Assembly (NCBI GenBank): GCA_964415175.1
Contig: CAYPYG010000002.1
Location: 9,617-73,616, forward strand
Length of the DNA: 64,000 nt
Reading direction: 5' to 3'
DNA from: an uncultured Elusimicrobiaceae bacterium
Lineage (GTDB): Bacteria > Elusimicrobiota > Elusimicrobia > Elusimicrobiales > UBA9959
Both the position numbers and the translations under genes were made by a program. Below, piece by piece: positions 44,288 to 54,109 of this stretch. The number at the start of each line of letters is the position of its first letter. Within the stretch, counting starts at the first letter, position 1. The notes beneath the pieces are model-generated. The model was given only the letters and a program-made list of their open reading frames with translations, was not told the DNA's origin and ran no database searches.

Positions 44288-44668
44288 TCACCTCGGCTCG
44301 ATGAAGAAAAGGGGCTGGCCGTATTCTACGGTCTTGCCGTCCTCGACCGACAGGATCTTGACCGAGCCGTTCTCCGGGGAGAGGACCGGCTTGTATTCCT
44401 TGCCGACCTCCACCACGCCGAGTTCCTGGCCCTTTTTGACGGGGGAACCTTCCTTGACCAGGTTGCTCTTGCCGGCCGGGGCGAAACGGAAGACGCCGAT
44501 GGAGGGGGAATTGACGGCGACCAGGGAGGAGCCGGGCAGCATCTGGCCCTGCTGGGGGTAGTTGTTGATCTTGAGGCTGATCTTCTCCCCGTTGCCCTTC
44601 CAGGTTATCTCCTCCAGGTCGGTGGTCTCCATCCACTTGGTCAGCTTTCCGAGAGTCTTGATATCCAT
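44288..44668 (-). CDS. accB: biotin carboxyl carrier protein-like (lipoyl/biotinyl domain) with an atypical biotinylation motif
   Basis: SPSIGVFRFAP...GVVEVGKEYKPVLSPENGSVKIL...PLFFIEP aligns with E. coli BCCP SPMVGTFY...[24 protein letters not shown]...PLVVIE. The Lys is retained but AMKM is replaced by VGKE. Confidence 0.75.
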   Translation of the reverse strand: MDIKTLGKLTKWMETTDLEEITWKGNGEKISLKINNYPQQGQMLPGSSLVAVNSPSIGVFRFAPAGKSNLVKEGSPVKKGQELGVVEVGKEYKPVLSPENGSVKILSVEDGKTVEYGQPLFFIEPR

Positions 44669-44683
44669 GTCACCTCCAGAAAT

Positions 44684-45142
44684 TCAAAGCCCCGCTTCGG
44701 ACGGGTCGAAAGGCTTGTACATCATGCGCGAGACCTTCATGCAGGTCACTTTTTCCTTCTTTTCCTGCGGCTGCCAGTCCACGCAGATCATCTCGGCGTC
44801 CCTGGCGGCGAACTCGACTATCACCTGGCGGCAGGCGCCGCAGGGCGTGGCCGACTTGGCCGCCACGCAGACGGCCTTTATCTTCTTCTCGCCGTGCATG
44901 ACGGCGTTGAAGATGGCGGTGCGCTCGGCGCAGATGGAAAGACCGAAAGAGGCGTTCTCCACGTTGCAGCCGGAATAGATCCGGCCGGACTCGGCCAGGA
45001 CCGCGGCGCCTACGGGATAGCGGGAGTAGGGGCAGTAGGCCTTCTTCTGGGCCGCTTTAGCGGCCTCCACCAGCCTGCGGCGCATGGCGCCGGCGCCCCC
45101 GGAGGAGCGCCGCTTCGTTCTTCTGGATATTTTCCTGGCCAT
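44684..45142 (-). CDS. cdd: cytidine deaminase
   Basis: CAERTAI and PCGACRQ zinc motifs, with a basic N-terminal extension. Confidence 0.9.
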   Translation of the reverse strand: MARKISRRTKRRSSGGAGAMRRRLVEAAKAAQKKAYCPYSRYPVGAAVLAESGRIYSGCNVENASFGLSICAERTAIFNAVMHGEKKIKAVCVAAKSATPCGACRQVIVEFAARDAEMICVDWQPQEKKEKVTCMKVSRMMYKPFDPSEAGL

Positions 45143-45143
45143 A

Positions 45144-46007
45144 TCAGCCCTCCAGTATCAGTTTCAGCTTCCCGTAGGTCTTGGGGGGGAAGTTCTCCCT
45201 GTGCGTCAGGAGCGAGCCCTTTATGAACTCCGGGCAGTGGTTCCGGCAGCCCGCTTTGGCGACCAGCGGCAGCGCCTTCACCAGCAGCCGGCGGATATTG
45301 CCGATGTTCTTGGTCATGGTGACCGAGACCTGGTGCTGGTCCACTTCCTCGCCTTCCTTCCAGCAGTCGTAGTCCGTCACCAGCGAGACGGGGGCGTAAT
45401 GGAAGCCGGCCTCGCGGGCCAGCTTGGCCTCGGTGGCCATGGTCATGCCGATGACCGAATAGCCCATCTTGCGGTGGAAATTGGATTCCGCCTTGGTGGA
45501 GAAACCGGGGCCTTCCATGCAGCAGTAGGTGCCGCCCTTATGGGCCTTGATGCCCAGCTTCACGGCCTCTTTGTACATCATGTCCGAAACGGCCATGCAG
45601 AAAGGCTCGGCCAGCGGGACATGGCCGACTATCCCGGCCCCGAAGAAGGTGGAAGGGCGGCCCTTGGTCTGGTCCACGAACTGGTCGGGGAAGACGAAAT
45701 GGGTGGGGGGCAGTTCCTGGCGCAGCGAACCCACGGCGCTGACCGAGATTATGGTCTTCACGCCTATGGACTTGAGGGCCCACATATTGGCCCGCTGGTT
45801 TATCTCGCCCGGCAGGAGATGGTGTTTACGGCCGTGGCGGGGGAGGAAGGCGACCTTTACGCCCGAAATGACGCCCAGTATAATCTTGTCCGAGGGGTCG
45901 CCGAAGGGGGTTTTGACCTTTATTTCCCTTAGGATCTTCAGTTCCTGCATGGCGTAAAGGCCGGTTCCGCCTATAACGCCTATTTCCGCCAGTGTTTTCA
46001 TAGCCAT
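45144..46007 (-). CDS. mtnP: S-methyl-5'-thioadenosine phosphorylase
   Basis: IGVIGGTGLY, PRHGRKH, GMTMATEAKLAREAG and TDYDCW, close to MTAP. The start was set at MAMKTL behind a GGGAGA SD (the track start is 46061). Confidence 0.9.
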   Translation of the reverse strand: MAMKTLAEIGVIGGTGLYAMQELKILREIKVKTPFGDPSDKIILGVISGVKVAFLPRHGRKHHLLPGEINQRANMWALKSIGVKTIISVSAVGSLRQELPPTHFVFPDQFVDQTKGRPSTFFGAGIVGHVPLAEPFCMAVSDMMYKEAVKLGIKAHKGGTYCCMEGPGFSTKAESNFHRKMGYSVIGMTMATEAKLAREAGFHYAPVSLVTDYDCWKEGEEVDQHQVSVTMTKNIGNIRRLLVKALPLVAKAGCRNHCPEFIKGSLLTHRENFPPKTYGKLKLILEG

Positions 46008-46115
46008 CCAGTCTCCCAAAGGTGCAAAAATCCCGCGGCTGCGGCGTACCGGGCCCGCCAAGCCGTATATATGTATATTTTATAATAAAAAAGGGGGGGC
46101 TTGGAGCGATTTTTT

Positions 46116-47518
46116 CTAGAAATAGAGCCTGATGGAGGCGTACAGCGACCTGTCCGAAAGGCCGAACTCGGAGGCCGGAACGGCGGCCGAACCGTCGAAC
46201 CGGGCATGGGGACCGGAGGGCAACAGGACGCCGGCCGCCGCATAGAGGTCGTCGGCGGCGTTCCATTCCACCGATGGGGTAGCGTAAAAGGAGCGGTCGT
46301 CCAGATTTACCAGGACGCCGGCCCCGGCATAGACCAGGGGGGAAAGGGCGGCGCCGGCGCCGGCCGCCAGGTAATGGCGGCCTAGCAGGTAGACATTGGC
46401 CTCCCTGTAGGCCGTACGGCCGGCCAGAGCCGTATAGCCGGCGGGCTCTCCCGCCCCGGCGCCGTTATAATGGTACTCAAGCCAGGCGTCGGTCCCGTCC
46501 AGCAGCTGGAAGTTATATTCCGCCCCGGCGGTCAGCCGGAAAAAGTCGTCCCGGGACTCCCTGTCCCCGAAGGAGCCGGCCCAGACCTGGGCGGCCTCGG
46601 CCCGGAGCATGGCCCCGCCGAGGTGCCGCTCGATATCCGCCCCTGCCATCAGGTTCTCCCTGAATACGGCCGAAATGAGCTTTATGTCCGCTCCCGCCGC
46701 TATCCCGCGGGCGCGCAGGAAGCCGGCGGCGCCGGCCGGCGACCAGTCCGAACCCGGCAGCCAGCCCGCGTCCAGCTCCCCCATCTCGCCGGCCGGGACC
46801 TTCAGGCGGAGCGCGTCCACGCCCCGCCGCTCTTCGGTGTCTATCGTGCCGTAGGGGTAGGGCGCGAGTATGTCGGTGGGATTCACGGCCCGGCCGGAGC
46901 CGAAGGCCAGCGGCTGGCGGCCGGCGTACAGGTCGAAAGCCGGCGGCGACCAGGTGATGAAGGCCCGGTCCAGGTTCTGTATAAGGACCGACGGATCGCC
47001 GGGGCGGCCCGAAAGGAGGGCCGCGGTATCGCCGGTCCGGTAGCCGTAGCCGGCGGTCAGCGGCCGGGCGGCGGCCAGTTCCGGGTGCCGCGCCGTGAAG
47101 ATCAGCTCATAGGCGCCCTCGGCCTTGAGGCGGCCGCCGTCCCAGTAGGCTTTGAGGCGGAGCTTGTTCTCGCCGGCGGCGTAGGCGCCGTCGGCCTGCG
47201 GGGCCGGCCAGCCGCGCACCGCGGCCGGCTCGACGGAATAGAGGTAGGTCTTGAGATACCCCTTCAGCGCGACCGGCGCCGCCGCGGCGACTGAAGACAG
47301 GAAAATGAGGAGACAGAGGACGGACGAGGGGACAGGGGCGGCAAAACCCTCCGGAGCCGCGAGCTTACGGAGCCCGCGCCGCAGCTTACCGGTGGAATCG
47401 CTGTCCTGCGGGGCGGAGGCGCGAGGCGAGCGCGAGCGGCGAGAGTGGGAGGGGCGAGCACGGTGTGCGAGACCCCGTTTTTGCGCCCCTGTCCCCTTGG
47501 CCGGCCTTATAAGTTCCA

Positions 47519-47519
<1 letters not shown>
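46116..47519 (-). CDS. beta-barrel outer membrane protein (start uncertain)
   Basis: Alternating beta-strand pattern and a C-terminal ...YASIRLYF. The ATG at 47519 overlaps the ATPase stop (TAATG). Codons ~9-65 are the translated element A copy 2, and the signal-peptide-like LCLLIFLSSVAAAAP only follows after it. Confidence 0.7.
47327..47495 (+). repeat. conserved structured element A, copy 2
   Basis: Closing inverted repeat GGGGACAGGGGCGGCAAAA (47327..47345) / TTTTTGCGCCCCTGTCCCC (47477..47495). The core is homologous to 36481..36620, and the 3' hairpin at 47450..47475 is followed by a T-run. Confidence 0.7.
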
Positions 47520-48211
<692 letters not shown>

Positions 48212-48221
48212 ATCTTCCTTC

Positions 48222-49445
48222 CTACAGGCTTTTCCTCATCGCTTCCACCGGGCTCATGCGGGCCGCGTAGACGGCCGGGTACAGGCTCACCAGCAGCGTG
48301 AACACGAGCAAAGCCGAGGGGTAGAGCCAGAACTGCAGGGCCCTGAACTTGGGCCGCAGAGGCTCGAGTATCGTAACGCCGGCGTAATCGATGCCGGAAT
48401 AGTCCAGGCCGTGAACGGCCGTCAGGTACGAAGAGAGCCAGCCGATGAAGACGCCGGCGGCCGCGCTTATGACGGCCAGCACGGCGGCCTCCCCGACTAT
48501 TATCAGCGCCATGCGCAGCGGGCGCGTCCCGACCGCGCGCAGCACGCCGAACTCGAACATCCGCTCGTAGAGCGACATGAAAAGAGTATTGGTCACGCCC
48601 AGCGCCACTATGCCCGAGAGTATGACCGCCGTTATCAGTATACCGAAGGCGGACATGCCGCGCGCGGCCGCCAGTTCCGGCACCAGCTCCGGCCAGCCCT
48701 CGGCCTGGTTGTCCGCGCCGCCGTACTCCCGCCAGAACGGCAGCGAGGCGTCCTCGGCGTTCCTGACGTCGTGGAAGGCGAAGACCAGCTCGTGAAAATT
48801 CTCACCGAGGTTGAACAGCTCCCGGGCCTTTCCTATGCGCACGAAGGCCAGGTTCGAATCCATCGCCCGCGAGCCGGAACGCATGATCCCGCCGACGCGG
48901 AACATGCCCTGGGCCAGGTCGCCGCCGCCCGCCGACGCGGCGGTGAGGACCACCTTGTCGCCCAGGCCGACTTCCAGCGTGTCCGCCAGCGCCGCCCCTA
49001 TGACTATCGCGTAGCCGTCGCCGGCGAGGAAATCGCCTTCCTTGACCAGGCGGGCCAGCCGCGAAACTCCGGACTCGGCCGCCGGGTCCAGGCCGTAGAG
49101 CATTACCGAACCCGAGTTGGACGGCGAGGCGACCATCGCGAAGGAGACGGTGCGCGGCGCGGCGGCTTTCACGAGCGGGTCGGCCGCGAGCCGGCCGAGC
49201 AGGGCCGGGCCGTCCTCGACGAACAGGTCGGGGTCCATCGCGTCGCGGAACCCCCTGCGGTGTATCTGCGCCTGCCCCATGAAGGTGCCGGTGGCGGTGT
49301 CGATTATCCCGTCGAGCATGCCGATCGTCAGCCCGTCGGTGAAGATAAGGGCGGCCAGGCCCAGCCCCACGGCCAGCGAGGCCAGGAAGGTCCTGCGCTT
49401 GTTGCGCATGCTGTTGCGCCAGGCCATTTTCAGATAGAAATTCAT
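48222..49445 (-). CDS. ABC transporter permease (FtsX/LolC-E-like)
   Basis: 407 aa with an N-terminal TM segment, a large periplasmic loop and a C-terminal 3-TM FtsX-type domain. Confidence 0.88.
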   Translation of the reverse strand: MNFYLKMAWRNSMRNKRRTFLASLAVGLGLAALIFTDGLTIGMLDGIIDTATGTFMGQAQIHRRGFRDAMDPDLFVEDGPALLGRLAADPLVKAAAPRTVSFAMVASPSNSGSVMLYGLDPAAESGVSRLARLVKEGDFLAGDGYAIVIGAALADTLEVGLGDKVVLTAASAGGGDLAQGMFRVGGIMRSGSRAMDSNLAFVRIGKARELFNLGENFHELVFAFHDVRNAEDASLPFWREYGGADNQAEGWPELVPELAAARGMSAFGILITAVILSGIVALGVTNTLFMSLYERMFEFGVLRAVGTRPLRMALIIVGEAAVLAVISAAAGVFIGWLSSYLTAVHGLDYSGIDYAGVTILEPLRPKFRALQFWLYPSALLVFTLLVSLYPAVYAARMSPVEAMRKSL

Positions 49446-50662
49446 CTGCTCCCCAGCGCCTTCACGGGCGTCACGCGCGCGGCCTTTATCGCGGGGAAGA
49501 CCCCCACCAGCAGCGCGGCGGCTATGACCGTCGCCAACGGCCGCGTGAAGGTCTCCGCGGTCACCGCCGAGAGCATATGGGTGAATTTGACGCCGCCGTA
49601 GCTTATCGGCTCGGGTATCGGTATGCCCGACACCGAGAGCCAGTGATTGAGGCCGGCGCCGGCCAGCGCCCCCGCGGCCGACGACATCAGCGCCAGCAGG
49701 AAGACCTCGGTCATGATGAGGCCGAAGACGGCGGCGGGCCGGGTGCCCATCGCTTTCAGCACACCGTATTCCCGCGTGCGCTCCAGCACCGCCATCAGCA
49801 CCGTGTTCAGGACCCCGACCGCCACTATCGCCATGATTATGAGGTTCGTGATATCGCCGCCCTTCTTATCGAGCAGCATGGCCTGGTAGAACTCTTTCTC
49901 CGTCACCTGCCAGGGCTGCACGTCCAGGCCCGGGTCGGCCAGCGCGGCCGAGACCCGCGCCGCGTCCTCGCGGGCCTCCCTGTAGTCGGTGAAGACCAGC
50001 ACCAGCTCGTGCGCGCGGCCGCCCAGAGCCATGAATTCCCTGGCCTTGTCGATATGCATCAGGCACCAGGGCCCGTCGAAGGCCGACTCGGAGGCCGAAA
50101 GGACCCCGGCCACCCTGAAATTATCGTTGGCGATGGAGCCGTCCGCCCCCTGCCCTATCAGCGAGAACTCGTCGCCTATGCCGATCGCCAGCGCCGAGGC
50201 CAGGCGCGCGCTTATGACGACGCCGGCCGAGGGGGTCTCCGGGATGAAAACGCCGGAAGAGAGCTGCGTGGCTATGCGCGTGGCGAGCCTCTCGCGCGCC
50301 GGGTCGAGGCCCATGACCTGCGCGCCGACGGTCTTGCTCCCGGCGAAGGCCAGCGAGGCGGCGTAGACGCGCGGGGCCCAGGCCTCCACGGCGTCAAGCC
50401 CGTCCAGGACGCGGCCGGCCCGCTCCGGGTCGTCTATCGTCCTGTAGAGCGACGGCTTGTCCAGGTAGCCCGCCGCGCGCACCTGCGCGTGGCCGGTGCG
50501 GCTGCGCGTGAACATGTCGATGATGGAGCCGTAGGTCCCCTCGGACATGCCCAGCGTCAGCGCGAACAGCGCGTAGCCTCCGGCCATCATCAGGCCGGTG
50601 AGCAGCGACCTCCGCCTGTTGCGGAAGACATTGCGCAGCGCCATGCGGAAGATCAGTTTCAT
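49442..50662 (-). CDS. ABC transporter permease (FtsX/LolC-E-like)
   Basis: A paralogue of the previous gene with the same architecture; 4-nt overlaps on both sides. Confidence 0.88.
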   Translation of the reverse strand: MKLIFRMALRNVFRNRRRSLLTGLMMAGGYALFALTLGMSEGTYGSIIDMFTRSRTGHAQVRAAGYLDKPSLYRTIDDPERAGRVLDGLDAVEAWAPRVYAASLAFAGSKTVGAQVMGLDPARERLATRIATQLSSGVFIPETPSAGVVISARLASALAIGIGDEFSLIGQGADGSIANDNFRVAGVLSASESAFDGPWCLMHIDKAREFMALGGRAHELVLVFTDYREAREDAARVSAALADPGLDVQPWQVTEKEFYQAMLLDKKGGDITNLIIMAIVAVGVLNTVLMAVLERTREYGVLKAMGTRPAAVFGLIMTEVFLLALMSSAAGALAGAGLNHWLSVSGIPIPEPISYGGVKFTHMLSAVTAETFTRPLATVIAAALLVGVFPAIKAARVTPVKALGSR

Positions 50663-51420
50663 CGCATCTTCACGCGCTGCAGGTTGCGCAGCGTGAAAGT
50701 GTCGGCCGGCAGTTCGAGATCGAATTCGGCGTCGAGGTAGCGTATCGTGGTCACATGGCCCTTCTTGGCGACCGGGACCATGCGCATGACGCGCGGCATG
50801 CGCCGGCCGCCCAGTTCGGCCATGTCGGAGAATTCCATCGTCCGCTGCAGGCGCCCCTTCTCGTCGTAGTAGCGCTCGTTCACGGGCAGCAGGTCGTCCC
50901 TGCGGATCTCCAGCTCTATCGCCCCCCAGAGCGACACCGTTTCTTTTTTCGGTTTAAGCCTTATGTAGTACAGCGCCGGGTCGGTCTTCTCAGGGGAAAA
51001 GAACTCGCCGGTATAGTCGTCTATGAGGGTGCTCTCCTTGACCAGGTCGTCGTTGGTAAAATCCGAGCCCATCCAGGAGCCCATCATCATGGACGGCGGC
51101 ACCTTCATCACCTTGTTTATCTTGGGGAAGTAGTTCCACATCTCATTGCCCTTGCGCAGCGTGGCGGAGCCGGCGTCGCGGGCCGGGGATCTGACGCGGA
51201 TAAAGGTCTTGTCGAGGCCCTCGGTCCAGAAGTCCATGACCAAAGTGCGGCTCCATTCGGGCGTGACTATGGCCATCTCCATGGCGGCGCGGGAGCGGTC
51301 GCTGCGGTATAGCCGGTCCACGCGGTCGAGCAGGGTTTTGACGTCGGTCGCGGGACCGGCGGAGGAGATGAGGGGAGAGAGGCAGCAAAAGAGCAGGAGA
51401 GCGGACAGGGTACGTCTCAT
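50659..51420 (-). CDS. LolA-like outer-membrane lipoprotein-sorting protein
   Basis: Signal peptide, then ...FIRVRSPARDAGSATLRKGNEMWNYFPKINKVMKV..., typical of the LolA-like family that accompanies such ABC systems. Confidence 0.75.
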   Translation of the reverse strand: MRRTLSALLLFCCLSPLISSAGPATDVKTLLDRVDRLYRSDRSRAAMEMAIVTPEWSRTLVMDFWTEGLDKTFIRVRSPARDAGSATLRKGNEMWNYFPKINKVMKVPPSMMMGSWMGSDFTNDDLVKESTLIDDYTGEFFSPEKTDPALYYIRLKPKKETVSLWGAIELEIRRDDLLPVNERYYDEKGRLQRTMEFSDMAELGGRRMPRVMRMVPVAKKGHVTTIRYLDAEFDLELPADTFTLRNLQRVKMR

Positions 51421-51565
51421 AGGCCCATGTTACCAAATGGGAGGGCTCCGGCATAAGCGCCCCCGGGCCCGGCCCAAGAGGCCCACCCCGCCCTGGGAAA
51501 ATTGCCGCGAAAAGACGGGACCTTGGCCGGTTACGTCCGGCCGCGCGGGCGGCTATCATATATAT

Positions 51566-52678
51566 ATGATCAAAACCGTCCCCTTCCTGCTGATAGCGGC
51601 CTTCGCGGCCCCCGCCGCGGCCCAGAATTCCTTCGAAGATCTCGCCGGCCTGGACGCCGGGAGCATAAGCGGCCTGGAAGTACCCGGGCTGGCCGCTCCC
51701 TCCGAAAAGAGCTGGGGCGCCAATTACACGCTCCGGGGCGTCGTCACCAGCACCGAGGACGGCGTCTTCATAAACACTTTCGACGGCCGCCTGTTCAGGC
51801 TGGACCTCTCCGACAGGAAGGCCCGCAAATTCGACGGCAAAACGGTGAGGCTGGAAGCCCAGGCCCGCCAGGCGGACGATCTCTCGATACTGAAAGTCGG
51901 CGATATAGAAGAATACACCCCGGGCGCGGACGAGGTCGTCCCGGCCCCCTACCAGCCCCGCCGCCGCCAGGCGCTGCTGCTGGAGAACAAGTCCGATGAG
52001 ATAACGATGGGCAATGTCCGCACGATGAGGACCGCGGTGCCCGAAAAGGACTCCTACGACTGGACCAGCATGACGATGGACCCGGAGAAGATAAAGAACG
52101 TCTACTTCGTGAAGAAACCCTTCCCTCCCGAGTTCCTCGCCGCCCACTCCTTCCTGGTCTTCACTTTCGAGAAAGGGGCGCTGCGCGACGCCGAGGGCAA
52201 CGAGCCGATGGCGCTGGCGCTGAGCATAGAGGCCCGGACCCGCACGGACCAGTCCTTCTCCCCGCTGACCGGGCTGGGCAGGAAATTCGGCATCCTCTGG
52301 TCGCTTTCCACCTGGGAGGAGTACGCCGCCCGCACCATACACCACGAGGGTTTCCGCCTGGCCCCCTACCCGGTGCTCCTGGCGCACGACGAGAAGGTCC
52401 GGCTGCTGCGCGAAGCCATGACGCTCTCCGCCGTGGACCGCGAGGGCGAGTTCTACCACACGATAAAGAACAATTGCACGAACAACCTGGTCATACTCTT
52501 CAACCGCGTCCTGCCCAAGGAGCGGCAGATAAAGATGTGGACCATCCCCTACATGGTCTACAACTTCCGCGCGACCATGCCGCAGATGGTGATAAACAAC
52601 TTCCAGAAGCGCGGGCTCCTGGGCGAACAGTTCGCCGACATACAGACCCCCGCCGACCTGGCCACCGTGCTCCCGTAA
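51566..52678 (+). CDS. secreted DUF4105 (Lnb N-terminal domain)-like protein
   Basis: Track ORF 51146..52678 trimmed to MIKTVPFLLIAAFAAPAAAQ. AAHSFLVF and YHTIKNNCTNNLV resemble the GH...F and Y-x5-NC[ST] motifs I recall for DUF4105. Confidence 0.6.
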   Translation: MIKTVPFLLIAAFAAPAAAQNSFEDLAGLDAGSISGLEVPGLAAPSEKSWGANYTLRGVVTSTEDGVFINTFDGRLFRLDLSDRKARKFDGKTVRLEAQARQADDLSILKVGDIEEYTPGADEVVPAPYQPRRRQALLLENKSDEITMGNVRTMRTAVPEKDSYDWTSMTMDPEKIKNVYFVKKPFPPEFLAAHSFLVFTFEKGALRDAEGNEPMALALSIEARTRTDQSFSPLTGLGRKFGILWSLSTWEEYAARTIHHEGFRLAPYPVLLAHDEKVRLLREAMTLSAVDREGEFYHTIKNNCTNNLVILFNRVLPKERQIKMWTIPYMVYNFRATMPQMVINNFQKRGLLGEQFADIQTPADLATVLP

Positions 52679-52697
52679 GCCGTTCCCGCGCAAAAGA

Positions 52698-52727
52698 AGA
52701 AGGGCCGCGCTTTGAGCGCGGCCCTTC
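52698..52727. terminator. bidirectional terminator hairpin between convergent genes
   Basis: GAAGGGCCGCGC-TTTGA-GCGCGGCCCTTC, flanked by A-rich and T-rich runs. Confidence 0.7.
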
Positions 52728-52748
52728 CGCTTTTAGTCCCGGCGGGAA

Positions 52749-53999
52749 TTACAACTCGAAGCCGGGGTACATCGGGAAGCCGGAGCAGAGCTGCTTCACC
52801 TGCTCCTTTATTCCCTTGAGCGCCTTGTCGTCGGCGTGCTTCTGTATGGCTTCGTCCACCAGGCCGGCGATGAGGGACATCTGCTTCTCCTTCATGCCGC
52901 GGGTGGTGACGGCCGGCGTGCCGACGCGGATGCCGCTGGTGATCATCGGCTTCTGCGGGTCGAACGGGATGGTGTTCTTGTTGACCGTTATCCCCGCCTT
53001 GTCCAGCGCTATCTCGGCGTCGCGGCCGGTCACTTTCTTGGCGCGCAGGTCCACGCTCATCAGGTGGCAGTCGGTGCCGCCCGACACTATGCGGTAACCG
53101 CGGCCCTGCAGTTCGCGGGCCAGCTTGCGCGAGTTTTTCAGCACCTGGGTCTGGTACTCCTTGAACTTAGGGGACAGGGCCTCCTTGAAGCAGACAGCCT
53201 TGGCGGCCACGGCGTGCATCAGCGGGCCGCCCTGGTTGCCGGGGAAGGTGGTGCGGTCCACGGCCTTGGCGTAGCAGCCTTTGGAGAGGATAAGGCCGCC
53301 GCGCGGGCCGCGCAGCGTCTTATGCGTCGTAGTGGTGACTATGTCGGCGTGCTCCACCGGCGACGGGTAGATGCCCGCCGCTATCAGGCCGGCGTAGTGG
53401 GCGATGTCGGTGACGACGAAGGACTTCCAGATGTCGGCGGCCTTCTTTATGCGGGCCCAGTCCCATTTGCGCGAATAATTGGAGGCGCCGGCCATGATCA
53501 GCTTCGGGCGGTGCTTCTCCACCAGCTTGTCTATCTCGTCGTAATCGATCATCTCGGTCTCCGGGTTGACCTCGAAGGAGACGATCTTGAAGTATTTGCC
53601 GGAGAAGTTCAGCGGGTGACCGTGGCTGAGGTGGCCGCCGTGCTCGAGCTTGAGGCCCAGCACGGTGTCGCCGGGCTTGATCAGGGAGAGGTAGGCCTCG
53701 ATATTGGCCTGGGTGCCGGAATGCGGCTGGACATTGGCGTGCTCGGCCTTGAAGAGCTTCTTGGCGCGGGCTATGGCGAGGTTCTCGGCGACGTCCACGT
53801 GCTCGCAGCCGCCGTAGTAGCGCTTGCCGGGATAGCCTTCGGCGTACTTGTTGGTCAGCACCGAACCGAGCGCTTCGAGCACGGCCTTCGAAGTGTAATT
53901 CTCGGAAGCGATGAGTTCGAGGTTGTTCTGCTGGCGCAGGACCTCTCCCTTTACGGCGTGGTAAAGCTGGGGATCGTTCTTCTTTATCTCTTCGTACAT
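52749..53999 (-). CDS. glyA: serine hydroxymethyltransferase
   Basis: LELIASENYTS, and TTTTHKTLRGPRGG (PLP-lysine). Confidence 0.97.
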   Translation of the reverse strand: MYEEIKKNDPQLYHAVKGEVLRQQNNLELIASENYTSKAVLEALGSVLTNKYAEGYPGKRYYGGCEHVDVAENLAIARAKKLFKAEHANVQPHSGTQANIEAYLSLIKPGDTVLGLKLEHGGHLSHGHPLNFSGKYFKIVSFEVNPETEMIDYDEIDKLVEKHRPKLIMAGASNYSRKWDWARIKKAADIWKSFVVTDIAHYAGLIAAGIYPSPVEHADIVTTTTHKTLRGPRGGLILSKGCYAKAVDRTTFPGNQGGPLMHAVAAKAVCFKEALSPKFKEYQTQVLKNSRKLARELQGRGYRIVSGGTDCHLMSVDLRAKKVTGRDAEIALDKAGITVNKNTIPFDPQKPMITSGIRVGTPAVTTRGMKEKQMSLIAGLVDEAIQKHADDKALKGIKEQVKQLCSGFPMYPGFEL

Positions 54000-54015
54000 G
54001 GTCTTCTCCTTGTTT

Positions 54016-54109
54016 GGGGACGCTGATTACTAAATGCCTAATTATTAACAGTCCGCGAGCCGAAAAAAACCTCTTGTGGATAATTAGGCATTTAGTAATC
54101 AGCGTCCCC
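54016..54109 (-). repeat. AT-rich long hairpin element B2 with GC clamp and DnaA box
   Basis: Perfect 30-nt inverted arms 54016..54045 / 54080..54109 (GGGGACGCTGATTACTAAATGCCTAATTAT). TGTGGATAA at 54075..54083 reads TTATCCACA on the minus strand. It lies 17 nt from the glyA ATG. Confidence 0.75.
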
